From: Microcoleus sp.
GTDB taxonomy: Bacteria; Cyanobacteriota; Cyanobacteriia; Cyanobacteriales; Microcoleaceae
DNA: 64,000 bases
Reading direction: 5' to 3'
Assembly (NCBI GenBank): GCA_052279835.1
Contig: CP181291.1
Coordinates: 3,392,001 to 3,456,000, forward strand
A model generated the notes under the pieces. The model made no database searches. It saw only the letters and a list, made by a program, of their open reading frames with translations, and was not told where the DNA came from. Made by a program: the position numbers and the translations under genes. Below are positions 50,529 through 61,241 of this stretch, in pieces (position 1 is the stretch's first letter; each line of letters starts with the position of its first letter).

Positions 50529-51269
50529 TCAATAACTAATTTGCAAAGTCACCGATGCTTCAATCTGTTGTTCCCCTCCCACCACGGGTGTTGTAGCCTC
50601 AGCAGCAACACCACGAGTACCAGCCAATTGCCGGTACATAGGAGGCGGTGCAGAAGCACCGTTGACTTGAATACTCAGAATTTCTCCTCGCTTCAGATTC
50701 AGGGCGCTCAAGACGGCATCAGCTTGGGATTGAGCATCTTGGGTTGCTGTTTTGAGTGCTTGTTTTCTAGCAGATTCGATCGCACTTTCGACAGCCACAA
50801 AACTCACACCATCAATGCGTGTGGCCCCGGCATTCACTGCATCATCGAGCAAAGTTCCGGCAGATTGAGTATTAATCCGAAAAGTGACGGTATTCGTCGC
50901 TGTATAGCCAGTCAAGCGCTGCTGGTTGTTTTCGTAGCTGTAGCTGGGATTGAGGGTGATGCCGGTGGTTTCGAGTTTTTCGACTGAGCGCGATCGCAGT
51001 AACTCTACCACAGCAGACGATCGCCTCGCCGCTTCCTGTTGCACCTCGGCGGCTGTTTTTCCCTGCACCTCAACACCCAAACGAACTTGAGTCTGTGTAG
51101 TCGGAATTACTTCGATCCCCCGCCCAGTAACTGTTAGCGTTCTCAGCCGCTGTTCTTGAGCCCTCGCCTCGCCCAATCCGGTGAAACTAACGAGAGTTAA
51201 GGTTAAACATAAAGCTGTTAGCAGACTGCGGAAATTTAGGCGATCGCGCGATCGTAAAATTGGATTCAT
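50529..51269 (-). CDS. SIMPL (DUF541) domain protein
   Basis: Signal peptide, TLTVTGRG, GYTATNTV, GATRIDGVSF, GEQQIEASV. Confidence 0.88.
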   Translation of the reverse strand: MNPILRSRDRLNFRSLLTALCLTLTLVSFTGLGEARAQEQRLRTLTVTGRGIEVIPTTQTQVRLGVEVQGKTAAEVQQEAARRSSAVVELLRSRSVEKLETTGITLNPSYSYENNQQRLTGYTATNTVTFRINTQSAGTLLDDAVNAGATRIDGVSFVAVESAIESARKQALKTATQDAQSQADAVLSALNLKRGEILSIQVNGASAPPPMYRQLAGTRGVAAEATTPVVGGEQQIEASVTLQISY

Positions 51270-51414
51270 AAACTTGAATATCCTCACATACAATAGATGG
51301 TATAATCTTATGTTGCAATGGAAATTTTGAGATATCCGCACGGTTACACTTTTAGAAACTTAAATTGGGAATTGGGAATTGGGAATTGGGAATTGAACGT
51401 ACAGCCATTAATAT

Positions 51415-51798
51415 ATGCAATCATTAAAACAACTTGCTAGGAAACTTAAAAAAGAAACTTACGCTATTTATTTAGCCAGTATCGATCCCAGAGTGCCTTG
51501 GTATGCGAGAATGTTAGCCGGTGTTACAGTTGCCTATGCCTTCAGCCCGATCGACTTAATTCCCGATTTCATACCAATTTTTGGCTATTTAGACGATTTA
51601 ATCATTGTCCCTTTGGGGATTTGGCTAGTAATCAAAATGATTCCGCCACAGGTTTTAGCCGAGTGTCGAGAACAAGCCGCCACACAAATCAAGCGAGAGA
51701 AACCGATAAATCGGGCTGCTGCTGTTGTAATTGTCGCCATCTGGATGGGATTGGGGCTATTAGCCGCAATTTGCCTCAAACAAATATTTAAAAGTTAA
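51415..51798 (+). CDS. YkvA / DUF1232 membrane protein
   Basis: YAFSPIDLIPDFIPIFGYLDD. Confidence 0.9.
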   Translation: MQSLKQLARKLKKETYAIYLASIDPRVPWYARMLAGVTVAYAFSPIDLIPDFIPIFGYLDDLIIVPLGIWLVIKMIPPQVLAECREQAATQIKREKPINRAAAVVIVAIWMGLGLLAAICLKQIFKS

Positions 51799-51844
51799 AA
51801 AAATAGGATATTCTGAAGCACTGAAACTATTAATTTAGGTGTAT

Positions 51845-51895
51845 CTTCCATCTTCCATCTTCCATCTTCCATCTTCCATCTTCCATCTTCCTTCT
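51845..51895 (+). repeat. heptamer tandem repeat (TTCCATC)n
   Basis: Directly visible; abuts the pcrA ATG. Confidence 0.95.
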
Positions 51896-51896
51896 T

Positions 51897-54266
51897 ATGA
51901 CTCAAACTACCGACTTTCTGAGCACTCTCAACCCATCTCAACGTCAAGCAGTGGTGCACTATAACGGGCCAATGTTAGTAGTAGCCGGGGCCGGTTCTGG
52001 CAAAACGCGGGCGCTGACTTACCGAGTTGCTAATTTAATTCGCACCAATCGAGTCAATCCTGAAAATATTCTGGCGGTGACATTTACCAATAAAGCAGCC
52101 AGAGAGATGAAAGAAAGAATTGAGAAACTGCTAGCCACTCAACAAGCTGAAGCTGAATATGGCTTACCTTTGGAAGAGTTAGCACCGGATGTGCAAACTA
52201 GATTGCGATCGCAAATTTATCGTAATATTACCAAACACATTTGGATGGGAACTTTCCACTCTCTGTGCGGCCGGATTCTTCGCTATGACATTGAGAAATA
52301 TCAAGACGAAAAAGGCAGACAGTGGAAACGCAATTTTTCAATTTTTGACGAATCAGATGCTCAAACTTTGGTCAAACAAATTGTCACCAAAACCCTCAAC
52401 CTCGATGACAAGAAATTTGACCATCGCAAAGTACGATACGCGATTAGCAATGCTAAAAACAAAGGTTTGTCGCCCCAAGAATATCAGTTAGCAGAACCGG
52501 ATTATAGAGGTCGCGTAATTGCTGATGTTTACACTCGTTACCAAGATGCTTTAGCAGCCAACAATGCTTTAGATTTTGACGATTTAATCCTAGTTCCTGT
52601 GCAACTTTTGCGCCAAAATGAGCAAGTATTAAATTATTGGCATCAAAAGTTTTGTCATATTTTAGTTGATGAATACCAAGATACTAACCGGACTCAATCT
52701 GATTTAATTAAACTCTTAGTGACAAATAACTCAGACCCGAAACATTTCGAGAGATGGCAAAATCGTTCTATTTTTATAGTGGGTGATGTCGATCAATCAA
52801 TCTACAGTTTTCGCATGGCAGATTATACCATATTGCTGGAATTTCAAGAAGATTTTGGGGATGGTTTGTCTGACGCAAAAACTAAGACCATGGTAAAATT
52901 AGAAGAGAATTATCGATCGCGCTCGAATATCCTGGAAGTGGCAAATCACTTAATTCAAAACAATACCGAACGCATCGACAAAGTTTTGCGTGCCACTCGC
53001 GAACCAGGAGCTCCGATTACGATTTGGCGCGCTGACAATGAAATAGATGAAGCAGAATTTGTGGCTGGTCAAATTCAAACCTTGAAGCGTCAGAATTCTG
53101 AATTTGAACAAGGGAGTAATTTTGCGATTCTCTACCGCACCAACGCTCAATCCCGCTCCTTTGAAGAAGCATTAATGCGTTTAGATATTCCCTACAATAT
53201 TGTCGGCGGTTTGAAGTTTTACGATCGCAAGGAAATCAAAGACATCCTAGCATACCTGCGAACCCTTGCCAATCCTGACGACAGCGTGAGCCTCAAACGC
53301 ATCATTAATACTCCCCGCCGCGGCATTGGCGATACTACATTTGGGAAAATCGAAGATGCTGCAACTCAATTGGGCATTCCGCTGTGGGAAATCCTCAAGA
53401 ATGAGTCTGATGTGAATACCATCGCAGGGCGATCGGCAAAAGCTATGATTAAGTTTGCCACAATGATTTCCCATTGGCAATCACAAGTTGAAACCCTGCC
53501 TGCTTCGCAAATTGTCCAAGGAATTATCGAAGATTCTGGTTATATTGAAGACCTCAAAAATCAAGGAACTGAAGAAGCAGAAAATCGCATCGAAAACGTC
53601 CAAGAATTGTACAACGCGGTACTGCAATTTGAAGAACAAAACGAAGAAGCCACCCTCACAGCATTTTTGTCAAAAGTATCCTTAGCTTCAGATTTAGACG
53701 ACTTACAAGAAGAAGATTCCCGCGTGTCGCTGATGACGCTACACTCTGCCAAAGGGTTAGAATTTCCAGTAGTATTTCTAGTCGGAATGGAACAAGGTTT
53801 ATTTCCCAATTTCCGCAGTTTAGATGATCCCAGAGCCATAGAAGAAGAACGGCGTTTGTGTTATGTTGGGATCACTCGCGCTCGCGAACTGCTCTTTTTA
53901 ACTCACACTCGCGAACGCCGCCTGTGGGGAGGTTTCCGCGAACATTGTACTCCTTCGCTATTTTTAGGGGAATTGCCACTAGAGTTTATCGCTGGAAGTG
54001 CGGGGAAAACTAAGGCTGGAAAAACTGCTGCTTCCCCTGGTAAAACCAATAGTTCAGCATCGAATTCCCGGCGTTCTCAACCGAGTAAAAATCTACAATT
54101 GGTAGATTGGAAAGCGGGGGATCGAGTTGTTCATCCTGCTTTTGGGCTGGGAGAAATTACTCATGTTTTGGGGGATGGAGAGAAGGTTAATTTGGCTATT
54201 AAGTTTTCTGGTTTGGGTCGAAAAATTATCGATCCTAGGAATGCTAAGTTGCAGCGATTGGATTAG
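51897..54266 (+). CDS. pcrA: ATP-dependent DNA helicase PcrA/UvrD
   Basis: AGAGSGKT, VDEYQDTN, LEENYRS, TLHSAKGLEF, EERRLCYVGITRA, C-terminal Tudor-like domain. Confidence 0.95.
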   Translation: MTQTTDFLSTLNPSQRQAVVHYNGPMLVVAGAGSGKTRALTYRVANLIRTNRVNPENILAVTFTNKAAREMKERIEKLLATQQAEAEYGLPLEELAPDVQTRLRSQIYRNITKHIWMGTFHSLCGRILRYDIEKYQDEKGRQWKRNFSIFDESDAQTLVKQIVTKTLNLDDKKFDHRKVRYAISNAKNKGLSPQEYQLAEPDYRGRVIADVYTRYQDALAANNALDFDDLILVPVQLLRQNEQVLNYWHQKFCHILVDEYQDTNRTQSDLIKLLVTNNSDPKHFERWQNRSIFIVGDVDQSIYSFRMADYTILLEFQEDFGDGLSDAKTKTMVKLEENYRSRSNILEVANHLIQNNTERIDKVLRATREPGAPITIWRADNEIDEAEFVAGQIQTLKRQNSEFEQGSNFAILYRTNAQSRSFEEALMRLDIPYNIVGGLKFYDRKEIKDILAYLRTLANPDDSVSLKRIINTPRRGIGDTTFGKIEDAATQLGIPLWEILKNESDVNTIAGRSAKAMIKFATMISHWQSQVETLPASQIVQGIIEDSGYIEDLKNQGTEEAENRIENVQELYNAVLQFEEQNEEATLTAFLSKVSLASDLDDLQEEDSRVSLMTLHSAKGLEFPVVFLVGMEQGLFPNFRSLDDPRAIEEERRLCYVGITRARELLFLTHTRERRLWGGFREHCTPSLFLGELPLEFIAGSAGKTKAGKTAASPGKTNSSASNSRRSQPSKNLQLVDWKAGDRVVHPAFGLGEITHVLGDGEKVNLAIKFSGLGRKIIDPRNAKLQRLD

Positions 54267-54350
54267 TTTTTGAGGATTTTTTTTAACCACAGAGGGCGCA
54301 GAGGGCGCAGAGGAAGAGCAGAGAGATGAATAATTCTGATTGAGATTTTC

Positions 54351-54914
54351 TCAGGGTGATAAAACTAATTGCCATTCTCCGGCTTTGGTGTTCCAAGCGG
54401 GGGAGGCTGTTTCTCCGGCGACGTAGGGCCCCCAGTAGCGGCGAGAGCCATCTTGAGCGAAGACAACCAGAATGTCTCCCTGTTTGATTTTGAGTTTTCT
54501 TTCGGGAAGCGAGAGCATCAGTCCTTTGCCGCCACCTTCTCCTGGTGCAAAGTCCCAGTGGGCGGGTTTGTTGTAGGATTTTTCGGAGTCTCCCTTGGCC
54601 AACAGGGCCACTCGCACGGGGTGTTCGCTGCGGTTACTGACGCGCAAAGTGCCTATGGCTTCGACGTTTGGAGGTATTGATGAGGCATTACTGATTTCTT
54701 CTGGTGGGTTCGGGGTTGATGTGGGCTTGGGTTTGGGTGGATTTACTATTTCTGGGGTGGCGGTGGTGCCTGGGGGGAGTACGGTGGCTGTCGGTGGTAA
54801 ATTGTTTGGTAGGGTGGAGTTGTTGGCGATGGTGATTTCAAAACGTCTTAAGAAGAGTGCTGTCATCAGGACGATCGACAATCCAGTTACTATCTGGTAA
54901 ATTTTAATTTTCAT
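54351..54914 (-). CDS. hypothetical membrane-anchored protein with Pro/Thr linker
   Basis: N-terminal TM, GTLRVSN, HWDFAPGEG, FAQDGSRRYWGP. Confidence 0.7.
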   Translation of the reverse strand: MKIKIYQIVTGLSIVLMTALFLRRFEITIANNSTLPNNLPPTATVLPPGTTATPEIVNPPKPKPTSTPNPPEEISNASSIPPNVEAIGTLRVSNRSEHPVRVALLAKGDSEKSYNKPAHWDFAPGEGGGKGLMLSLPERKLKIKQGDILVVFAQDGSRRYWGPYVAGETASPAWNTKAGEWQLVLSP

Positions 54915-54962
54915 AGATTTTAGGATTTAAAAATAGGTGGCACATAGTAATTACTGTTTTTT

Positions 54963-55295
54963 ATGCAGAATACCCGAATAAATAGATTTATTGATGTTCT
55001 CGCTCAGCAATTCGGACGCTGGGTGAGTAATCCTTGGCGACGAATTTCGCTGTTTGTCATTACTCTGCTATTCGGAAATTTTTTGGGAACAGCTATTTCT
55101 ACAATTGCGGGACAATCTGCTGATTGGGATATTGTCGCTGCTGCTTGGTTGGTTTTTTTGACTGAATTGGTTAACCGATTTGTTTATCGTGGCAATCAGC
55201 CCCAGGTGCGTTCTCTGTGGGTGGATTTGCTCAATGCTCTGAAAATTGGTGTGATTTACAATTTATTTGTGGAAGCTTTCAAGCTGGGTTCTTGA
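54963..55295 (+). CDS. ycf20: DUF565 / Ycf20 family protein
   Basis: MQNTR, NPWRR, EAFKLGS terminus. Confidence 0.85.
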   Translation: MQNTRINRFIDVLAQQFGRWVSNPWRRISLFVITLLFGNFLGTAISTIAGQSADWDIVAAAWLVFLTELVNRFVYRGNQPQVRSLWVDLLNALKIGVIYNLFVEAFKLGS

Positions 55296-55469
55296 GAAGG
55301 AATCAGTAACCCTCCACCTCCCCCTAGACCATCCAAGGGGGGAATGGGGTACATTCAGGAAGAAGGAAATAATATCGATGGTTTCAGAAATTAAAAATTT
55401 CCTAATTACCGAGAAGGTTGGGATATCATTTTTGATTTAAAAAGCTGTGAATTTTGAGAATAGATTGCT

Positions 55470-56558
55470 ATGACTTTAACGCTTGTGGAAATTTTAGAAG
55501 GATGGAGAGCTGGAAATTGCCCGATCCAACGTGATTTCGAGCAGTTAGCCCTGTGGGAACTTGCTGATGATTTGCGATCGCCTGCTTTTGGCATTACTCC
55601 CGAAAATGCGGCTGAGGTTGTTCGCCACAAAGCCGATTTATTCTTTTCTGTTATTAACTTATTACATACTTTTCCCGCAAAGTCAACTAATTTTCTCGAA
55701 AATTTGTGGGTTCTTTGGCTGCCGTTGGCTATGAAATTGTCGTCTGAAACACAAAGTTTAAAACGCCCTTTAATTCAAGGGATTTTGGGAGGGCAAGGAA
55801 CGGGTAAAACCACTTTATCTGAGGTTTTACGGCTGATTTTGGCGAAATTGGGCTATTCTACTGTCAGCCTTTCTTTGGATGACCTTTACAAGACTTATGC
55901 CGATCGCCTAAAACTCCAACAAGAAGACCCACGGTTGATTTGGCGGGGACCACCTGGAACTCACGATATTGAATTGGGCATTTCTGTTTTGGATGAGTTG
56001 CGTTCCAATCGGAAAGAAGAATTAGCATCAGTTAAAAATATCAAAATGCCCCGATTTGATAAGTCTGGTTGGGGGGGTGCAGGAGATAGAATGTCGCCTG
56101 AACATATTTCTGATGTGGATATTGTACTGTTTGAAGGCTGGTTTGTGGGTGTAGAGCCGGTGGATGAGCTACAGTTGAATGAGTTTTTGGAGGGTGCGCC
56201 TTTTCCAATTTGCACAGAGGGCGATCGACAGTTTGCTCGTGATATGAATGCTAAACTATCGGATTATGTACCGCTGTGGAATCGCTTGGATCGATTGATA
56301 GTTTTGTATCCCCAAGATTATCGTGTTTCTAAAATTTGGCGCAATCAAGCGGAACAGGAAATGATGGCGAGGGGGAAGTCGGGAATGACTGAGTTGGAAA
56401 TTAATCAGTTTGTGGAATATTTTTGGAAAGCGCTGCATCCAGAGTTATTTATTAAGTCCATAGTTGCTAGTGGGGCGAGAGTGGATTTGGCAATTGAACT
56501 TAAGTGCGATCGGACTATTCAGAAGATTTATAGCTCGAACTATAGAAGTTGTCAATAA
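55470..56558 (+). CDS. plant-type D-glycerate 3-kinase
   Basis: GGQGTGKTT, LSLDDLY, RGPPGTHD, PRFDKS...GDR, FEGWFVG. Confidence 0.85.
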   Translation: MTLTLVEILEGWRAGNCPIQRDFEQLALWELADDLRSPAFGITPENAAEVVRHKADLFFSVINLLHTFPAKSTNFLENLWVLWLPLAMKLSSETQSLKRPLIQGILGGQGTGKTTLSEVLRLILAKLGYSTVSLSLDDLYKTYADRLKLQQEDPRLIWRGPPGTHDIELGISVLDELRSNRKEELASVKNIKMPRFDKSGWGGAGDRMSPEHISDVDIVLFEGWFVGVEPVDELQLNEFLEGAPFPICTEGDRQFARDMNAKLSDYVPLWNRLDRLIVLYPQDYRVSKIWRNQAEQEMMARGKSGMTELEINQFVEYFWKALHPELFIKSIVASGARVDLAIELKCDRTIQKIYSSNYRSCQ

Positions 56559-56647
56559 TATCATCTCTCTCTTGTCTTCCTCTGCGCCCTCTGCGCTCTC
56601 TGTGGTAAAATCATCCATAGACAAACCTCAACCAAATAACATCCAAT

Positions 56648-57967
56648 CTAAAACTGGTTGATTTTCCCCATCGCCAATAATGCACTTCCATAAGCAGCAT
56701 CAGTATGAACCGGAGTTACCACAGGAACTTTCAAATAACGCTTTCTGATCTCACTCCAAACCTGATTTTTTGCCCCACCACCGGCACTATAAACCTTTGT
56801 CAAAGGAGTTGCACCAAACTGCTGCAATAATTCATATCCCCGCGCTTCAATCCGGGCTATACTTTCGAGCAAACCGTGCAAAAACTCCACATCATCAGCA
56901 GGACGAGGTTCTAATCTAGGGAGCAAATTTGGGTCATTATTGGGAAAACGATCGCCTTTTTTTAACAATGGATAATAATCCAGGAAACTCGGTCGATGGG
57001 GGTCAATTTGTTGGCTATAATTGTCCAATTCACTATCAGTAAAAAAGTGACGCAGCACAGCACCTCCGGTATTAGAAGCGCCTCCCACTAACCACAAATC
57101 CCCCCCAGCCCCCCCTTGTGAAGGGGAGGTGAAACGATGACTATAAATTCCGTAGGTGGCATCATCTACACGGGTATAACTTAACAGTTTGAGGGCTAAA
57201 GTTGAACCGAGAGAAGTTACTGCTTCCCCCGGAGAATTGACGCCGCTAGCTAAAAATGCTGCTATACTATCGGTTGTACCAGCACAAACGATACAGTCGC
57301 GGGGAAAGCCAAATCGATCGCCTATTTCTGCTGTCACAGGTCCGATCGCCGTTCCCGGTGCGACAACTTGGGGTAATATAGGGGCGATCGACCCAGAAAC
57401 ACCCGCAATTCCCTCTGTCAGCCAATGGGGATAGCACAAATTGGCAACATCGTAACCCAATTTCAGAGCATTGTGATAGTCGCTAATTCCCAATCTTCCG
57501 TGTAGCAAAAAGGCCAACCAATCCGCTTGATGCAGGAAAAATTGCTGTAGGGGCGGTGCCCCCGTGCCCGCCCCCTCTAACCACCACAGGAGTTTTGCCA
57601 GACTTGATGTGGCGTTTAATACTGTGTGATGGGCTGGTGCGATCGCCCGCAGTCGATCGAGTACCGCCACACCGCGTCCATCGTTGTATAAAATCGGTTC
57701 ATCTACGGGTATACCTTTGGTATCACATAGCATCACCGTGGAGGAAGTGCCATCAATGGCGATCGCCCGGATCTGACGGCGAATGGCTAAGGGAATTTGC
57801 TCGATTACCGCCCAGAGGGCATTCTCCCAGCGCGATGGCAATTCCGATGCTGGTTCCTCATGGTGAGTGAAATCATACTGACTCTCACTATGTATATTGC
57901 CACTGGAGTCGATCGCAGTCGATCGCACTCCTGTTGTACCAAAATCTATGCCTAAGTAAAAATCCAT
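56648..57967 (-). CDS. FGGY-family carbohydrate kinase (D-ribulose kinase-like)
   Basis: GIDFGTTG, IDGTSST, GTTDSIAA, GGASNTGG, GGGAKN. Confidence 0.88.
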   Translation of the reverse strand: MDFYLGIDFGTTGVRSTAIDSSGNIHSESQYDFTHHEEPASELPSRWENALWAVIEQIPLAIRRQIRAIAIDGTSSTVMLCDTKGIPVDEPILYNDGRGVAVLDRLRAIAPAHHTVLNATSSLAKLLWWLEGAGTGAPPLQQFFLHQADWLAFLLHGRLGISDYHNALKLGYDVANLCYPHWLTEGIAGVSGSIAPILPQVVAPGTAIGPVTAEIGDRFGFPRDCIVCAGTTDSIAAFLASGVNSPGEAVTSLGSTLALKLLSYTRVDDATYGIYSHRFTSPSQGGAGGDLWLVGGASNTGGAVLRHFFTDSELDNYSQQIDPHRPSFLDYYPLLKKGDRFPNNDPNLLPRLEPRPADDVEFLHGLLESIARIEARGYELLQQFGATPLTKVYSAGGGAKNQVWSEIRKRYLKVPVVTPVHTDAAYGSALLAMGKINQF

Positions 57968-58099
57968 TAAGAATTATTTAACCACAGAGAGCGCAGAGAG
58001 CACAGAGAAAGAGAAAAGTGAGGTATGCGGATGATAACGAATTATCGATTACTAACCATACCTCATTTTTCTGATAATTCAAGTTTTAACTGTTGATTT

Positions 58100-59464
58100 C
58101 TACAGTGCACCCGCTGCGGTTTGGTCAAAAACACTACCACTCAAATGAGTTGTCACATTCATCGCCTGCAATACTGGCAAACCTTCTGGGCCGTGGGGAT
58201 AATCTATCACGCTAACCGCACCATTTCCCTGTTTGAACTTCCAGAAATGTTCTGGTCCTAAGCCGAACAAATGACAGAGAATCGCCTTGTTAATTGCATC
58301 ATGAGCAACCACAATCCCTGTACCCGAAACTGATTGTACTATATCTCGCCAACAGGCGATCGCTCTTTCCCAAACTTCTTGTAAATTTTCCCCTTCTGGC
58401 ATTTGCACATTTTCAGGAGATGTCTTCCATTCTTGCAGCAAACCTGGATAGGATGATTCTATTTCTGACTCAAATTTTCCTTCCCACAATCCGTGACTGA
58501 TTTCTCTTAACTCATCGCGGAGTTCTAACTTCAAGTCTGGGTGATATTGGAGGATAATTTCCGCTGTTTCCTTGGGGCGCAACATCGAACTGCTGATGGC
58601 AAAATCTAATTTTACATTCTTCAGGAATTCTGCCGCCTTGCCAGACTGTGCGCGACCATTATCATTGAGCGGTACATCTATTTGTCCTTGAAATTTACCT
58701 GCTCGGTTCCAGTCTGTTTCGCCGTGACGTACCAGCAATAAACGTGGCCCGCGATTTCCATCCCTAGGCTTGGGAAAAATTTCTCCTGTGTGAGCTGTTA
58801 AATTCAGGGATTCTAGTTGAACTGCAACTTTCTGTTGCTGCTCACCTTGCTCACTGGTGGAAACAGGAGAAGTTCCAAAATTGATAATGCTAATCCCGCA
58901 ATTTGACTGCTGAATAGATTGATAGTAAGCGGGAGCAATTTCCGATGCTGTGGCAATCAGAGCGCGGTTTATGCCATTGTGGGCTACTACTAGAATTGTG
59001 CCGGAACTATGCTTAGATAATAGTTCTTTCCAAAAATTCCGAGCGTTAGCAAAAATTGCCAATACGGGAAAGTGTTCGATTTCTGCTTCGTTTGATGGCA
59101 GTTTCATCGAAAATTTGTCTGGATGTTGCTGCCAAGATTTATAGGCTTCTGGAAATTGGTCGATCGCATCTTGACGTAGCATTCCTTCCCACAGAGGTAA
59201 ATCGATTTCCATCAATTGATCTGTTGGTTGGAGTTGTGGCGGATTTGTCAAGCGCGAAATGATAATTTCTGCTGTTTCTTTGGCTCGTTGCAGGGGGCTG
59301 CTGTAGGCGGCATCAAAGGTGATACTGCTGAGCGTTTCGCCTACTTGAAGGGCGGCGGTGCGCCCTGCTTCTGTCAAAATTGATTTATCCAAACGGCCTT
59401 GGATACGGCGTTCTTGATTGTAAGTGCTTTGGCCGTGACGGACTAAGATAACGCGAGTAGTCAT
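58100..59464 (-). CDS. two-domain histidine phosphatase (phosphoserine phosphatase-like)
   Basis: Two RHG domains (VRHGQS, VRHGET), each with SS..R and AH motifs. Confidence 0.85.
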   Translation of the reverse strand: MTTRVILVRHGQSTYNQERRIQGRLDKSILTEAGRTAALQVGETLSSITFDAAYSSPLQRAKETAEIIISRLTNPPQLQPTDQLMEIDLPLWEGMLRQDAIDQFPEAYKSWQQHPDKFSMKLPSNEAEIEHFPVLAIFANARNFWKELLSKHSSGTILVVAHNGINRALIATASEIAPAYYQSIQQSNCGISIINFGTSPVSTSEQGEQQQKVAVQLESLNLTAHTGEIFPKPRDGNRGPRLLLVRHGETDWNRAGKFQGQIDVPLNDNGRAQSGKAAEFLKNVKLDFAISSSMLRPKETAEIILQYHPDLKLELRDELREISHGLWEGKFESEIESSYPGLLQEWKTSPENVQMPEGENLQEVWERAIACWRDIVQSVSGTGIVVAHDAINKAILCHLFGLGPEHFWKFKQGNGAVSVIDYPHGPEGLPVLQAMNVTTHLSGSVFDQTAAGAL

Positions 59465-59648
59465 TCGATTTTAGATTTTAGATTTTAGATTTTAGATTTA
59501 GCCTGGGCATAAATCTGGGGCTTAAAACGATTCAAAAGATGAGCCACTAAAAATTTTACCAGTTCCGGGGACACTCTCGCTAACAACCGCCTATGATTAA
59601 AGACGAAATAGACTTAGGCACGGATACGCGCCGGACGGAACAGGCATA

Positions 59649-61241
59649 ATGACACTAAAGCGGATATTTTTAGGTATTTTAACAGCGATCGCGATCGCCT
59701 TGGTTGGTTTGTCTTTACTTGCTAGCTGGAATGAGCCACAAATTCAAAGTCGGCTGGAACTCTATCAGACAAATTTACTGCTTCATGCTTCGGAGTGGCA
59801 GGGGGAAAATAATTCTAATTCTAATTTAAGTTCAGCTCGCAACACTATTATCGGTTCGGCTCCTTTAGATACGGCTTTAGCTCAGTATCAAGAGGCGCAA
59901 ACCTCGACTCAGAAAACTCTCAGCACAACTCAATCACAATTTAAACAAGTTGAAACTCCAAACCCCTCTTCAGATGTTACGGCAAAAAAAATAAAATTTG
60001 CTCAGAATAATGCTCTGGAAGACTCAATCAACAAGTTGTCAACCCTGGAAAGCGAACTTGACTTGCGGGTGGGAATTTTGCAGGCAAGTACGGGTAAAAT
60101 CAATCTCGCTATGAAAACTTGGCAAGATTTGATCGATAGATACAAGACTCAAACTAATGCTGACCCTTCCACTCAAGTTGCTCCGGTTTTAAAGGGAATT
60201 TGGAGCAATCCACCTCAACTTTTACCCGATGCTGAATCGAGCATTCAAAAGTCTTTAGATGGTTGGTTTCGCTATCGTACCCTGGCTCAACTTTATAAGT
60301 TACAGGAGCGTTCTCAAGACCTGGCATCGCTGCAATCTACGGAACAAATCATCGCTGAAGATTCTGTTGAAAAATTGGCGATTGTGATTGGGATTCCTGG
60401 GATCGGACTTTGTATAGGTACGCTGTTGTTGGCTGGTTTGACCGTGCAGTGGTTATTGCAAAGAAATCAGTTGCAACCAACTGGTTCTGGACCAATTTTG
60501 GCTCAAAATTCTAGCTTGAGTTGGGATGTTCCTTGGGATGGCGAGATTGTTTGGCAGGTCCTTGTGGTCGGCTTTTTCTTTGTGGGACAAATCTTGATCC
60601 CCTATTTTTTGCTGCCACTTTCTCTGTCGGTTCTCCACTTAAATCCTGCTAGTTTTGACCCGCGTAGTAAGGCTTTTTATATCTTTGCTACTTATCTATT
60701 ATTGTCGGCGGGGGGACTTTCTGTCTTGTATTTTTCGGTAAGGTCTTTTTTGCCTTTACCTGAAAGTTGGTTTCGGATTAATTGGCGGGGAAATTGGTTT
60801 TGGTGGGGTTTTGGTGGCTATTTTGTGGCTTTACCTTTGGTAGTTTTGGTGTCGCTGATCAATCAGCAGTTATGGCAGGGACAAGGTGGTAGTAATCCGA
60901 TTTTGCCGATCGTCCTTGAAGGTAAGGATAACCTGGCTTTGGCTGTGTTTTTTGCCACGGCGGCGATCGCGGCTCCGGTTTTTGAGGAAATTATGTTTCG
61001 GGGCTTTCTGTTGCCTTCTCTGACTCGCTATTTGCCTGTTTGGGGGGCGATCGCCACTTCTGCTTTGTTGTTTGCTGTGGCTCACTTGAGCGTGTCGGAA
61101 ATTCTGCCTTTGGCGACTTTGGGGGCGGTGTTGGGATTTGTGTACACGCGATCGCGCAATCTCCTTGCTCCCATGCTACTCCACAGTCTCTGGAATAGTG
61201 GCACTCTCCTGAGTCTGTTTCTTTTGGGCGGCGGCAGTTAA
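59649..61241 (+). CDS. CPBP (Abi/CAAX protease-like) intramembrane metalloprotease
   Basis: APVFEEIMFRG, FAVAH, LLHSLWN. Confidence 0.9.
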   Translation: MTLKRIFLGILTAIAIALVGLSLLASWNEPQIQSRLELYQTNLLLHASEWQGENNSNSNLSSARNTIIGSAPLDTALAQYQEAQTSTQKTLSTTQSQFKQVETPNPSSDVTAKKIKFAQNNALEDSINKLSTLESELDLRVGILQASTGKINLAMKTWQDLIDRYKTQTNADPSTQVAPVLKGIWSNPPQLLPDAESSIQKSLDGWFRYRTLAQLYKLQERSQDLASLQSTEQIIAEDSVEKLAIVIGIPGIGLCIGTLLLAGLTVQWLLQRNQLQPTGSGPILAQNSSLSWDVPWDGEIVWQVLVVGFFFVGQILIPYFLLPLSLSVLHLNPASFDPRSKAFYIFATYLLLSAGGLSVLYFSVRSFLPLPESWFRINWRGNWFWWGFGGYFVALPLVVLVSLINQQLWQGQGGSNPILPIVLEGKDNLALAVFFATAAIAAPVFEEIMFRGFLLPSLTRYLPVWGAIATSALLFAVAHLSVSEILPLATLGAVLGFVYTRSRNLLAPMLLHSLWNSGTLLSLFLLGGGS

